A stretch of 54,774 nucleotides of DNA from a virus (Duplodnaviria; Caudoviricetes), in the IMG/VR virus record IMGVR_UViG_3300027896_002339, positions 1 to 54,774 of that record. One strand, written 5' to 3'. The notes below the pieces were generated by a model. The model was not told where the DNA came from. It did no database searches and worked only from the letters and a program-made list of their open reading frames with translations. This document shows, piece by piece, positions 37,893 to 48,500 of the stretch; positions within the stretch are counted from its first letter, which is position 1, and every line of letters begins with the position of its first letter. Both the position numbers and the translations under genes were made by a program.

Positions 37893-38708
37893 TTAAACTT
37901 TTTCTTTTAATAGATCCACAAAATTCGAGAACCGAACAATTTCTTTTTCTGAATTTTTTATAAAATCACATTCTTTAATTCTATAAATCATACATGCTAA
38001 ACTAGACGATAGTATTAATTCTCGTTCTGTATCACATAATCTCAATTCATTTTTTGTATCATAGTGATGTGGTTCATCTATTTCAATTATAAGATTTAAT
38101 TCTTTAATATAACCATCTGGGAATTTACCAATAGTATATCCTATATCAAAGCTATTTCTAATTATTTTCTTGTCTATATTGTCTTCTAGTATATTAAGAA
38201 TATAATCTTCGTTTCTGCCTCTTCTAGGAATTGCAACATATTTTGCAGCGGCAATACTTAATTTTTGTCTTGTTTTTAATGAATGATGTTTACCTCTAGT
38301 AGATAAACCTATTTTGATTCTTGTTTCTAATGATGGTTTAATTCCTATATGAGAATTACTCATATTAAACTTTGCCGTATCTGAATGCTTTTGTCCTGTC
38401 ATACCAACATGATTATGATATAATGATAATTTCTTTTTATGCTCATCAGAAAGAGGTTTTCCTTTTTTAGCTTCAGAAAGAATTTCTTTAATTTTTTTAT
38501 CTCTAAACTGATGCCCTTTTATAAATCTATTTGGTATTTTTGAATCTCTTCCAATTTTTACAAATAACCCACAACCACATTCGCATAATTTTGATTCATA
38601 TACTATAGGTGTAGATGTTTCTATTTTTCGTTTGTTGTGTCCTGAAATAAATTTATTCTTTTCACTAGTTACTTCTTTTCCGCACCCACATTCACATAAC
38701 TTATTCAT
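37893..38708 (-). CDS. homing-endonuclease-like protein type A (two CxCGCG motifs, no RHH partner)
   Basis: MNKLCECGCG twice; NUMOD3-like repeats; FPDGYIKELNLIIEIDEPHH. Confidence 0.8.
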   Translation of the reverse strand: MNKLCECGCGKEVTSEKNKFISGHNKRKIETSTPIVYESKLCECGCGLFVKIGRDSKIPNRFIKGHQFRDKKIKEILSEAKKGKPLSDEHKKKLSLYHNHVGMTGQKHSDTAKFNMSNSHIGIKPSLETRIKIGLSTRGKHHSLKTRQKLSIAAAKYVAIPRRGRNEDYILNILEDNIDKKIIRNSFDIGYTIGKFPDGYIKELNLIIEIDEPHHYDTKNELRLCDTERELILSSSLACMIYRIKECDFIKNSEKEIVRFSNFVDLLKEKV

Positions 38709-39382
38709 GTTACTAAATTCTCAACATACAACCCAATCATTTCTTTATAAAAATCATTTACCTTCAACTTACTATTCTTCAGTTGGAGCTTAGCTAAGAA
38801 ACTTGCATCACTCGCTTTATAGATATGTTTCTCAAAATCACTAAATACATAACTTCCACTAAGTTGATTTTCAATTTGCTCTTTTTTTCTATAGTCAGAT
38901 TTAAGAGATACTCTCCAAAAAGTTAATTCACCGCTGGATGCTTTGTCTGTATTTACAACTTGATACATTGGTAGCTGATCTTTAAATTCATCATTCCTTT
39001 GCGTAGGGTGTTCGTATATTACAAAGTCATGCACAGTGGGCTTAAGCTCATATATGGTAGGGATCCACAAACTAGAAACTCTATCCCTAAAAGCAACCCC
39101 TGCTTCATCCGCAACCATATTAAATGGAATAGGTTCAAAAGAATAACACTGTACAGCAAATATTTTTTTCCATACCATACCCGATAGATCCCCTATCATC
39201 TCATAACTGCCCCCTTGTAGGAGTTTTCCGTCATAGACACTGTTAGGTAAGTCTAGATTATAATAGGTGACAGGGATACTTCTACCGCAGGTGGAATAAT
39301 ACTGATACAATAATTCAAAGTAATCCAAAGCGTATTCATTAATCGACATCCACTTCTGGTTGTACATTAATTTTCTACTCAT
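38705..39382 (-). CDS. hypothetical structural protein
   Basis: 225 aa within the baseplate operon. Confidence 0.65.
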   Translation of the reverse strand: MSRKLMYNQKWMSINEYALDYFELLYQYYSTCGRSIPVTYYNLDLPNSVYDGKLLQGGSYEMIGDLSGMVWKKIFAVQCYSFEPIPFNMVADEAGVAFRDRVSSLWIPTIYELKPTVHDFVIYEHPTQRNDEFKDQLPMYQVVNTDKASSGELTFWRVSLKSDYRKKEQIENQLSGSYVFSDFEKHIYKASDASFLAKLQLKNSKLKVNDFYKEMIGLYVENLVT

Positions 39383-39833
39383 TGTATGCCGCCGTTATTG
39401 CATCTTCTAAACCGAACATTGTATTTTGAGCAGTAAGAATTGATGTTACTGTACCTTTGACACCATTCCTATTTATTATAACATTTACAACTGCAGTCTT
39501 TTTATTTGGTGAGAAACTAACTGATACAGAATCTATATCGATTCTATCATCATATCTTTTAACTCTTCCATGAACCTCATATTCTATTTCATTTAGAGTT
39601 TGAGCATCACCAGGTTCAAATAATTTTTTATATAGAAGTGACCCATATTCTGGATCAAAGGGATAATAACCTAGAGGAGTCATTAGAAGTGTTCTTAGAG
39701 AATTGATAAGAACGCCTATACCAGATAATCTTTTAAAATTTCCTGTCGCATCGAATACTGGTGCATAATCATATATTTCATTGATTTTACCAGCAACGGC
39801 ATCTTGAAAAAAATGATAGCTATTGAAGGCCAT
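39375..39833 (-). CDS. baseplate wedge protein gp25/GPW family
   Basis: SLRTLLMTPLG..PFDPEYGS.LY..LFEP...YDDRI. Confidence 0.88.
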   Translation of the reverse strand: MAFNSYHFFQDAVAGKINEIYDYAPVFDATGNFKRLSGIGVLINSLRTLLMTPLGYYPFDPEYGSLLYKKLFEPGDAQTLNEIEYEVHGRVKRYDDRIDIDSVSVSFSPNKKTAVVNVIINRNGVKGTVTSILTAQNTMFGLEDAITAAYNE

Positions 39834-39843
39834 ATCTGTTCTC

Positions 39844-40056
39844 CTATATCTTTATTTTACCTAGAGATTCAGCCTTACTCTTTTCTCGTTCTTGATCGTG
39901 CTTGATCTTCCAGGTTAAATACTCTTCGAGTCTATTAACTGGCATTTGTAAAATATCTCCATACGATAATTTACCTAGTTCTATAGCCAGAAAAATACTC
40001 TCTCTATGCCGCTTTAGATATGCCTCTTGATACTTTTCATTAGTAGATTGCTCGAA
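39844..40056 (-). CDS. C-terminal extension of tail/baseplate assembly chaperone (probably reached by frameshift)
   Basis: ESIFLAIELGKLSYGDILQMPV.R...L resembles gp51/gpT-type tails; no SD-supported start; overlaps the upstream ORF in the +1 frame. Confidence 0.65.
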   Translation of the reverse strand, partial: FEQSTNEKYQEAYLKRHRESIFLAIELGKLSYGDILQMPVNRLEEYLTWKIKHDQEREKSKAESLGKIKI

Positions 40057-40858
40057 AAAACTGGCGCACCAAATCAATACTGATGGTGTCCTCCTGTCCG
40101 CATTTCTGGCATTTAACGAGCGAAGCTACATCAATTTCATATTTACCAAAATTTTCTGCATAGGCATTTTCTATAAGTTTCTTATCTGGAGCTGGAAGCT
40201 CTTTGTATCCCTTTAATATATTTTCTCTTTCTAATAGAGTATGGGGTGTTTTTGCTTCCGGTCGATTCATCTCGAATCTTCTAATAATAAGCAGTTGCAG
40301 ATTCATATCTCTAACTGAATCACTAGCAAAAGTTGCATCGTTCAGCAGTTTAATTTCATCCCTCAAAAGAGGCTGTGCAATAATAGCAGTAATTTCAGAT
40401 GCTATTTCTAGCTTAACTGGGATTTCTGTTTCTGTTATTGGTTTAGCTGAATCTTTTGGCCAAAGATTTGCTTTGAATGATTTGGCAATATTTATCTTGA
40501 CACTGTTTACGTGTCTGCATTCTGAGCATGTAACATCATAGTTGTGGATGTCTTTATATGTTACTGCGTACAATCCGAACATCAAAGCATCTCTATCTTT
40601 GATAGTTATTTTACTAGTAAAATCTTGGAGCGTTTTAATATCGTCTGGTTTTTTAACCAAACAAGAAAAAATTATTTCGTTCAGATGCTGTGCCATTTTA
40701 TTAGGAACAAGCAAGCTGCCCTTAAGTACTTCTTCTTCTGCTATTGTTAAAGTTCGTATTGTAAACTCTATTAGTGTTTGTGGAGTAACAATCGAATACT
40801 CTGGATACTTAATTTTAAATCCTTCAAATACTTCTATTCCTGCTGCATTCACACTCAT
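40040..40858 (-). CDS. T4 gp26-like baseplate hub/tail assembly chaperone
   Basis: IRTLTIAEEE.L, DRDALMFGLY..TY and two CxxC; directly downstream of the tail tube gene. Confidence 0.75.
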   Translation of the reverse strand: MSVNAAGIEVFEGFKIKYPEYSIVTPQTLIEFTIRTLTIAEEEVLKGSLLVPNKMAQHLNEIIFSCLVKKPDDIKTLQDFTSKITIKDRDALMFGLYAVTYKDIHNYDVTCSECRHVNSVKINIAKSFKANLWPKDSAKPITETEIPVKLEIASEITAIIAQPLLRDEIKLLNDATFASDSVRDMNLQLLIIRRFEMNRPEAKTPHTLLERENILKGYKELPAPDKKLIENAYAENFGKYEIDVASLVKCQKCGQEDTISIDLVRQFFRAIY

Positions 40859-40914
40859 AAAAAGAACTCCTTGTAATTTTTAAATAAAAACAATTTTAAT
40901 TTATTCGACTATAT

Positions 40915-40948
40915 AAAAAGAGGATCCCTCCGATTGAAGGGATCCTCT
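40915..40948 (-). terminator. intrinsic terminator after tail tube
   Basis: 11-bp stem AGAGGATCCCT/AGGGATCCTCT plus T-tract. Confidence 0.75.
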
Positions 40949-40965
40949 ATTTTATTCTAACTAAC

Positions 40966-41724
40966 TTATAGAAAACCGAGACTGTCAACACCATCATCAC
41001 CTACACTTCTATAACCACCATTAGATTTGTTAGCTATATCCTTAGCATAACCTTGGCATCTGTCATGTACCCAAGTCTCATGCCAAATCCAGTCTACATT
41101 GAATTCGACATCTATTTCTAGTTTGTCAACTGCTGTTACATCACCTGTGAAAAGATCTTGAGGATCTTTTGAAGGGAACATACCAGTATATAATGCTGAA
41201 TATTCAACTGTTCTACCATCTGGTTTCGTTGTCCAATAGAACATCGATCCAGCATAAGCAGATTTTGTATATGCATCATCTTGATAATTTAATGATGTTA
41301 CACCAGTCTTTGCATCTCTGATCAGACGGCACCATCCGTGAATGATACTTAATACAGGAAGATATGAAAATTCAAGGAACTTCACAGTTACTGTATTACC
41401 ATAATCCATGTTAGTAGGTACTGACCATTTCATACCACCGATACCAGTGAATTCTGTTTTGTTAATTGTTCCACCGGGAGGTGTTACTGATAAGCATGCG
41501 CCTTGCAAGAACTTTCCAACATTGGCCGTACTTGAAAGACCACCGCCTCTAGCTTTTTGACCATCACCTGTTACGAGGTCATTACCTAGTTCAGGAATCT
41601 TTGCCCAGTGAATATAATGATATCCACTAATATATGGATCAGCAGCTATACCTTCAGTTGATCCTCCGAAGTGTCTATCATTCGCTGTATTATTAATTAC
41701 GCCTCTAAATGGGTTTGTTGCCAT
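40966..41724 (-). CDS. tail tube protein (T4 gp19-like)
   Basis: SVTPPG...G.GG.KW.VP....G.TVTV.F.E...W....D..TG...Y; follows the sheath gene. Confidence 0.8.
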   Translation of the reverse strand: MATNPFRGVINNTANDRHFGGSTEGIAADPYISGYHYIHWAKIPELGNDLVTGDGQKARGGGLSSTANVGKFLQGACLSVTPPGGTINKTEFTGIGGMKWSVPTNMDYGNTVTVKFLEFSYLPVLSIIHGWCRLIRDAKTGVTSLNYQDDAYTKSAYAGSMFYWTTKPDGRTVEYSALYTGMFPSKDPQDLFTGDVTAVDKLEIDVEFNVDWIWHETWVHDRCQGYAKDIANKSNGGYRSVGDDGVDSLGFL

Positions 41725-41750
41725 TTTAGCTCTCCTTTTTTGTTTATTTT

Positions 41751-41787
41751 AAAAAGTGCAGGGGGTAAAGTTTATCTACCCCCTGCA
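41751..41787 (-). terminator. intrinsic terminator after sheath
   Basis: 11-bp stem TGCAGGGGGTA/TACCCCCTGCA with T-tracts on both sides. Confidence 0.7.
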
Positions 41788-41794
41788 TTTTATC

Positions 41795-44269
41795 TTACTT
41801 GATGTACAAGTTAAGTGCGATTTTCTCAATGACCTTCATAGGTTCAAGAGTTACATTTACGTGACAAATCTTATTCTGGAATTCCCACTCTGTTGCTCCA
41901 ACATCAATGGAATAAGAAATAAGACCCCTCTTTGCTTTAATGGCGTCAAGGAACGGAACAATACCGATCTTGATCTGTTCCCAAGTGACTGCATCATTAA
42001 ACTCGAATATGAAGTATCTGCAGAACTGCTCTAGTGCTCTCTTAATATAAAGAACCAATCTCATTATATTAATATCTTGCAGAGATGAAGGTCTCTTTTG
42101 AGTTGTCAGATTACCCCAGACTGTATATCCTTCAGGGAAGTGAACAATCGGGTTAACTTGGTTCAGATACAGAATGTTTCTTTCACCAAGTTTAGGACTC
42201 CATCTTAACTCTTTGATACTCTCCAATGTACCTCTGTTAAAACCAGCAGAAGCATACCAGATCTCGTACAGTCTGTCATTTAGAGGAATCAGCTGAGCCA
42301 TATGATATACTGGGGTAAACCAAATGTCCTTACCTGTATATACATCATATACTCTGCTATATGATTCAAATCTAGCTGCAAACTTTGTATTCCAAATAAC
42401 ACCTAGATCAGGTCTATTTGGATCTTCTCCGATTTGCTGTAAGCAATCTTCTAGATCACTATTGTCTCCGCAGTCTGAAATGCACATACAATCAAGTCTG
42501 TATATTTCAGCTAGTTCTCTAGCAGCTGTTTTAACATTTACATCATAACCAGCATCCCAAACTAATGAGAAGTAGATCCAATCCAGGTCTAGCATCTCGT
42601 CGCAATACTGCTCTTTCCAGATGAGATTACCTGTAGCAGGATCTTCTTTCGCTGGATTATCAGGTTTCTTTAAGAGACCCTGATAAGCTTCAACAAGAAC
42701 TTGAGTTGCTGTTTGTGGGTGAATTTTTTCTTTTCCTGATGTCTTATCAAGATAAACCAATGAACCTTCTGATCCCTGTAATAACGACCAAGGTTGAATA
42801 CCAGGAAGTGAAGGATCTGAATCACCAAAGTCCATGATGTCAAGATTATACGCCTCATCTAATGCAGCAGTTGCTTTATCCAGTTCTGTTCTAGCTACTG
42901 ATAAATCAACCAAAGCTGCTGATACTGCTGTATTTCTATCAATGATGTGCTGTTGGGTATCAGTAGGCATTAATCTTGCTACTGCAAGAGCATCTAATGC
43001 AACATTAAGATTCCAATTTGCATAATCATAATCACCCTTGGCGAATTCAATTACAATAGCTTTGAATCCTAGTTCAGTCTTCTGACCATTTTCATCAAGA
43101 ACAGTATACTCAGTAACCCAAGAAGGAAGAGTAGGATCATTCTTATAGAATGACATCATATAAGATTCACCACTACCATCATCTTCATATAGAGTATGTA
43201 ATGCTTGTTTACTTACAGAGCATCTGATATTAGGTGAAAATCTATTTACCACATCTTCAATAAATGCAGATTCGCCTTGACCATCTACTGCTGTAGGATC
43301 AAAAGAAACATTATACGATTCCATTATAATCTGGTCACCTGTACTTGGATTTACTCCATAGATGTCAAGAATATATGTACCGAATAATTGTTTATTTGCA
43401 TTTGCAGAAATTCTGACTGCGAAGCTATTGTAATATGCTCCACGTCCAACACCTCTGAAATACATTAAGAATCCATAGGGAACTCCTGTTCCGCCAGTAG
43501 CAGGAAGATTCATCCAAGGAGTTGTAATCTCTTCCTTGAGCTGTGTCTCTGCTTCAATTGTATGAGCTATTGTTCTCCAGATCAAGTTCTTGATTGCAAC
43601 TGTTCTTGTTCCAGGAACATAACCATTACCAGGTTTATGAATAGTCACTGCTGTAATCTTACCAGCGCTTGGTCCTGTTTCATCAACTGTATAATTCAGC
43701 TGAGCACATGTATCTGGTGTTGATCCATCAGCTAGTGGTACTAAGAAAGTCCAAATACCAGGTGCATATCCGTAACCAGTATTTTGTACTGATGCAGCAG
43801 TTACTACGCCCGTACCATCTGCGGTATAAGTAAATGCTCCATTAAATGAATGCTGTTTACCATCCATATACATTGGGTGCATTTCTAGGCGCGTGAAGGG
43901 AATACCTTCTGAGCTACTAGAATAAGTACCGTTTAAAATATAATCGGCAAGTTGCATACCAATGAACAGATGTGAATATACAGCATCATCAGGTAAAGCG
44001 CGCAGTACATAAAGGTGTGAAGATACTGATAAATGCTGTGTTGCAACATATGGACCCTGTCCATAAACAGTACCGTAATCAGTAATATTTGGTTTACCAT
44101 ATGTTGACAGATATTGTTCGTTACTGCTAACGAACATCAACTTATTGTCAGGACCGCTTTTTGTGAGTACCGGTATAAATCCAACCGTTCCAGGCACATC
44201 TGCAAGGTACTGCGATAAGTCTATAATTGTCGTATAGACCCCAGGTGATATCATTTGTCCCATTGCCAT
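41795..44269 (-). CDS. contractile tail sheath protein
   Basis: ISPGVYT..IDLS, WYASAGFNRG, QVNPIV.FP.G.TVWGN.T, INI.RL...I and FEFND. Confidence 0.93.
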   Translation of the reverse strand: MAMGQMISPGVYTTIIDLSQYLADVPGTVGFIPVLTKSGPDNKLMFVSSNEQYLSTYGKPNITDYGTVYGQGPYVATQHLSVSSHLYVLRALPDDAVYSHLFIGMQLADYILNGTYSSSSEGIPFTRLEMHPMYMDGKQHSFNGAFTYTADGTGVVTAASVQNTGYGYAPGIWTFLVPLADGSTPDTCAQLNYTVDETGPSAGKITAVTIHKPGNGYVPGTRTVAIKNLIWRTIAHTIEAETQLKEEITTPWMNLPATGGTGVPYGFLMYFRGVGRGAYYNSFAVRISANANKQLFGTYILDIYGVNPSTGDQIIMESYNVSFDPTAVDGQGESAFIEDVVNRFSPNIRCSVSKQALHTLYEDDGSGESYMMSFYKNDPTLPSWVTEYTVLDENGQKTELGFKAIVIEFAKGDYDYANWNLNVALDALAVARLMPTDTQQHIIDRNTAVSAALVDLSVARTELDKATAALDEAYNLDIMDFGDSDPSLPGIQPWSLLQGSEGSLVYLDKTSGKEKIHPQTATQVLVEAYQGLLKKPDNPAKEDPATGNLIWKEQYCDEMLDLDWIYFSLVWDAGYDVNVKTAARELAEIYRLDCMCISDCGDNSDLEDCLQQIGEDPNRPDLGVIWNTKFAARFESYSRVYDVYTGKDIWFTPVYHMAQLIPLNDRLYEIWYASAGFNRGTLESIKELRWSPKLGERNILYLNQVNPIVHFPEGYTVWGNLTTQKRPSSLQDINIMRLVLYIKRALEQFCRYFIFEFNDAVTWEQIKIGIVPFLDAIKAKRGLISYSIDVGATEWEFQNKICHVNVTLEPMKVIEKIALNLYIK

Positions 44270-44421
44270 TGTCGTTCTCCTATTTATTGTTTCTAAATGT
44301 TCTGGTTAAACTTAAACCGAACTTTTTAATTTATTCATGTAGAATTTAAGAAAAATTTCGAACTACAACTTTTAATTAAAGAATAAATAAACATTACGCT
44401 AATAAAAATTGAGAGGGATTA

Positions 44422-44459
44422 GTCCGGAAGCAGATGAACTTAATCACCCACTTCCGGAC
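44422..44459 (-). other. strand-specific RNA hairpin
   Basis: GUCCGGAAG-UGGGUGA/UCAUCUG-CUUCCGGAC forms a 16-bp stem using G.U pairs only on the minus strand; no U-tract. Confidence 0.5.
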
Positions 44460-44481
44460 GTTCCTTTTAACGCAGAATTGT

Positions 44482-45537
44482 TTAGAAATAAATCTTCCAA
44501 AGGAATACTATTTCTCTGTCAACAGTTTTTCTAACTGTACTAAATGTAACTCGTGAAAACATAATATAAGGAGTTACTGTTTTAGCTACCATATGAGCTA
44601 TTGGATATGTTGGTGCATAATCAGTATCCAATGCTCCAGGTTTCTCTACAACAATATAACCCTTCTTCACGCCCAAATCTCCATTGTATATATCAACGAT
44701 CATAACCTTGCCGCTGCTAGATATGATATTCGGGTCAAGAGGATAAGCTGCATTTGACATCCATAAAAAATCACCAGGTTTAACAGGACCAACATCAGCA
44801 GATATATTATAACTATCTAAATAATATATAGCATAATCTCCATCCGTTGATACTTTAAGAACATTGGTTCCTGTCCCATATTCCGAACCACCTGATACTG
44901 CATCACTTCCAGGATCAGTAGATGCTGGATCTGCAACAAATAACGCTGCTTCATTTAGATCTTCATAAGAAGCAGAGTTGGCATCATCACTTGATAATTC
45001 AATTCTTACTTCAGCAATTAGTGGAGGAAAGTTTGTTACGTTATTTATTGTATAAGGGTTAGCTTGGTCTTCTCTAATAGATACACTCGAGAATCTTTTA
45101 AAATATCCAAAGTTACCTTGATAATCAGAAGCATACAAACTATAACCCGGATCAGCAATAGTTAGATCTGATCTAAGTCTGACGGGTTGATATAATCCAG
45201 TATCTTGTCCTAGTGTTGGTCCAGCCTGTAAAGGGTTTCCCGGTTCACCACCACCATTACCCGCGCCGAACCAACGAAGCTCTTTATTATAAATACCCGA
45301 ATCATTACCATCTAGAGAGGTTCCAAAAGCTTTTCTTAATAACCAGGCTCTACCAGAAAAAACAATCATATTGCTTTTCTGAATAAGTTTAGTTAATCCA
45401 CTTTTCTTATCTCTTTCAAAGATAGATACTTCACCGTGCATATTTCCAGATGCAATACTAACCTTTTCTCTTAAGTTATCTTCTAGTCTAGGATTCCCAG
45501 AAATCCTATCATTCAATTCAATTATTCTTTCGCTCAT
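44482..45537 (-). CDS. putative baseplate/tail structural protein
   Basis: NMIVFSGR.WL, FGAGNGG, LNEAALF and MFSRVTF...K...REIVF.W.IYF, typical of baseplate-associated proteins. Confidence 0.7.
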   Translation of the reverse strand: MSERIIELNDRISGNPRLEDNLREKVSIASGNMHGEVSIFERDKKSGLTKLIQKSNMIVFSGRAWLLRKAFGTSLDGNDSGIYNKELRWFGAGNGGGEPGNPLQAGPTLGQDTGLYQPVRLRSDLTIADPGYSLYASDYQGNFGYFKRFSSVSIREDQANPYTINNVTNFPPLIAEVRIELSSDDANSASYEDLNEAALFVADPASTDPGSDAVSGGSEYGTGTNVLKVSTDGDYAIYYLDSYNISADVGPVKPGDFLWMSNAAYPLDPNIISSSGKVMIVDIYNGDLGVKKGYIVVEKPGALDTDYAPTYPIAHMVAKTVTPYIMFSRVTFSTVRKTVDREIVFLWKIYF

Positions 45538-45595
45538 TAAAATTACTCCTTTAATTTTTGTTCTTGATTTGTATGTTTTAATCTATTCTAACTCA

Positions 45596-48500
45596 CTAGT
45601 TGGTATTTACAGTCCAGTTTCTAGGACTTATCAATATATTTTTATTTATTACACCTGCTGGTGATGGCGATGCATTACCAGTACCGTTTAATGTAGCAGA
45701 ACCACTAACTAGTCCATGTGCCACTAAAGATGCTAATATTGAATCAACACTTAGTGATGTTAATAAATTATTACTGCAGGTAAAATAGTGCACGCCACCG
45801 CAACTAGAAATATCTAATGAAGTTAAATTATTAGAATGACATTGGAAAAATACTAAACCAGAGCAACCAGAAACATTCAATGACGTTAATAAATTAGAGC
45901 TGCAACCAAAATAATATAAATTTGTTAAACCAGAAACATCTAATGAACTTAGATAATTAGAACCGCAAGTAAAATAATTTAAACTAGTACAACCGGAAAC
46001 ATCAAGAGATGTTAGAGCATTAAAATCACATGAAAAATTCACTAGATTAGTTAAACCAGAAACATGCAATTCTTGAATACTACATTGACTACAAGTGAAA
46101 TCAGTAATATTAACACAATCTGTGATATTAATATTACCATTTAATGAACTTGAAGGGATTGTTATTGCAGTAACACCTGATGGATTATCTATAGTCGCTG
46201 TATTATGAACATAATCATATGTTACAGTACTTCCAGTTACAGAAAATTCTGAACCTGTTAGTACATAACTTCCACCAGAATATAATTTAGTTGATTGTGG
46301 TGGAGCAGGTGGGATAACATTGTTTCTGATATAATAGTCACTACCATCTCTTACCCATGTTGCTTTGTTTACTCCATCCTTTAAAAAGAACGGGATATAT
46401 TTATTAAGCAAATAATGATCTTCTGATGTTAGCGTACTGACATTAAATGTTGTTGGTAAAGGCAACTGTGATTCATATATTTTAGATATAAATCTATGTT
46501 CTTCTCTTAACGGATCTCCAGAAACATTAGTTTTGATTTTAATATAATCACCAGCAGAATTAGCAGTATAATTAAATATACTTATTTCAACTTCATCTTC
46601 TACATGACATGTGCAGTACACCAACTCAAGGATTCTTCTGATTCCGTCATATGTTTCTTTGTAAGGAACCATATCAGCACATATAGATGCATCTTCCAGA
46701 GTTGTAATTGTATCAGCAGAAGATACATATCTATATGCATAGACATCAGTATCTGAGAGTTTCCATTGATTTGTAAAATATGGTGTTGCTTCTATTCCGG
46801 AAGGTATAGTTGGTGTAGCTAATTTTCTTACCCAACCATCATATTGATTAGTATTAATGAATAGATAAATATAACCGCCTCTATAGTAGTAACCAAAATA
46901 ATTATTAGGACTGTTGGGTCTAATAATTGATTCACTTCCAACTGACCAATCAAACTCGAAATTATTTGATACCTTCCAAAGGTAACTAGGTACATCTGGT
47001 TGAGATAGAACACAGATATATAAATTACCTGTTGAAGATGTCAATTCTTCAAAATTAATTTCTCCTACCACTCCTTGCTTATTCTGATAGAAAGGACTAT
47101 CAATAGCTTTACTATAATCAGCAACATCAAATCTAATCCATGTTGAGGTCTTAAATGTTCCTGAAATAATCACTTGGGGAATTTCTGATTTATCTTTACC
47201 TACAAACTGACTAGGATCAATAGCTCCATTAGACCATCTATCCTCTGCAATATCAACATCATCACCATTTAAGAAGTGACCTTGTTGAACTCTCCAGTTG
47301 CCAGTATTCTCATCAACAATCTCATTGAGAGCATGGAGTTTTTCTTTTAGTTCAGATCTTAGTAATACTGGACCAGCAACCTTTCTCATTTCCCAATAAT
47401 AGTATCCACTATCTCTATGATAAACATGAATCAATTCAAGAGAATGATCTAATTGTTTTCTATAACCAACAGGGAAATCATTCACACTTGTTGCTGATAC
47501 TAATGCATCAGTTGCTTCCCATGTTCCGTTGTAACCAGATATAGCTTCGAAGTCAAGAGCAGTCATTGTTAAATGATATACACCACAACGTTTCCATTCT
47601 TCTGGAATTGTGAATACTGCATTGTCAGGAGTAAATAGAGGTTCATCACATTCTGTACAATAAGTATCGCCAGGATTTGTTAAGTTCATTTCCCATGAAT
47701 TTTCACTCTCCCAATATTGTCTTACTGTAATTTGTGATGGAACAGGAGCAGTAGGGTTGATGATTTCATCTAGATGTGTTATAAATCCTATTGTTCTGTG
47801 GTGAGTTGTAAATTCATCATAATCTAATTTCTTTATATTGAAATCTGAATACTGACCTGGTTCCCATTGATTTCCCGCTGAACCACTAGAAGATGAATAG
47901 ACTGAATTATATCCCCACATAACTACTTGAGGATTTGTAGGACCATCATGTCTGCAACCAGTATCATAATAATCACAGCATCTATCAACATCAGGACATG
48001 GATAACAATCATGTATAGTATTTTGAAGTGCTAGATATACAGGTCTGTGGAATATAGGACCGCTAAAATATAATGATGAATCTTTATTCCACCAAGATGG
48101 GATTGTACTTGATACTAAAGTTAAATTGGCATGAACCAACGCGCCACTACCCGAACCTGTTATATCAAATATAGTTACGGTAGGAGCATAAGTGAATCCC
48201 ATTCCGCCAGAGGTAACTACTACACCAGTGATTTGCCCGCCTGAAATAGTTGGTGTTGCAATAACTCCAAAACCATCTCCACCTTCAACAATTACTATGG
48301 TCTGACTTGAATAACTAGATCCGACATTATCTACGCTAATAGTTCCCACTGTTCTTGTATATCTTATATAAGGTGCATTATAATCAGAAGTCGTTTGTAA
48401 TTGTTTATCAGTTGCAATAGTTGCACTTGGTCTAAATCCAATTATAGGTTTTGGTGCATCTTTAACAACCAATTCATCATCCGAGTATGGATAATTCTTA

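Noticed and set aside
45760-46130. Complete diversity-generating retroelement
   Set aside because: No reverse transcriptase and no template repeat differing only at adenines are visible in the window.
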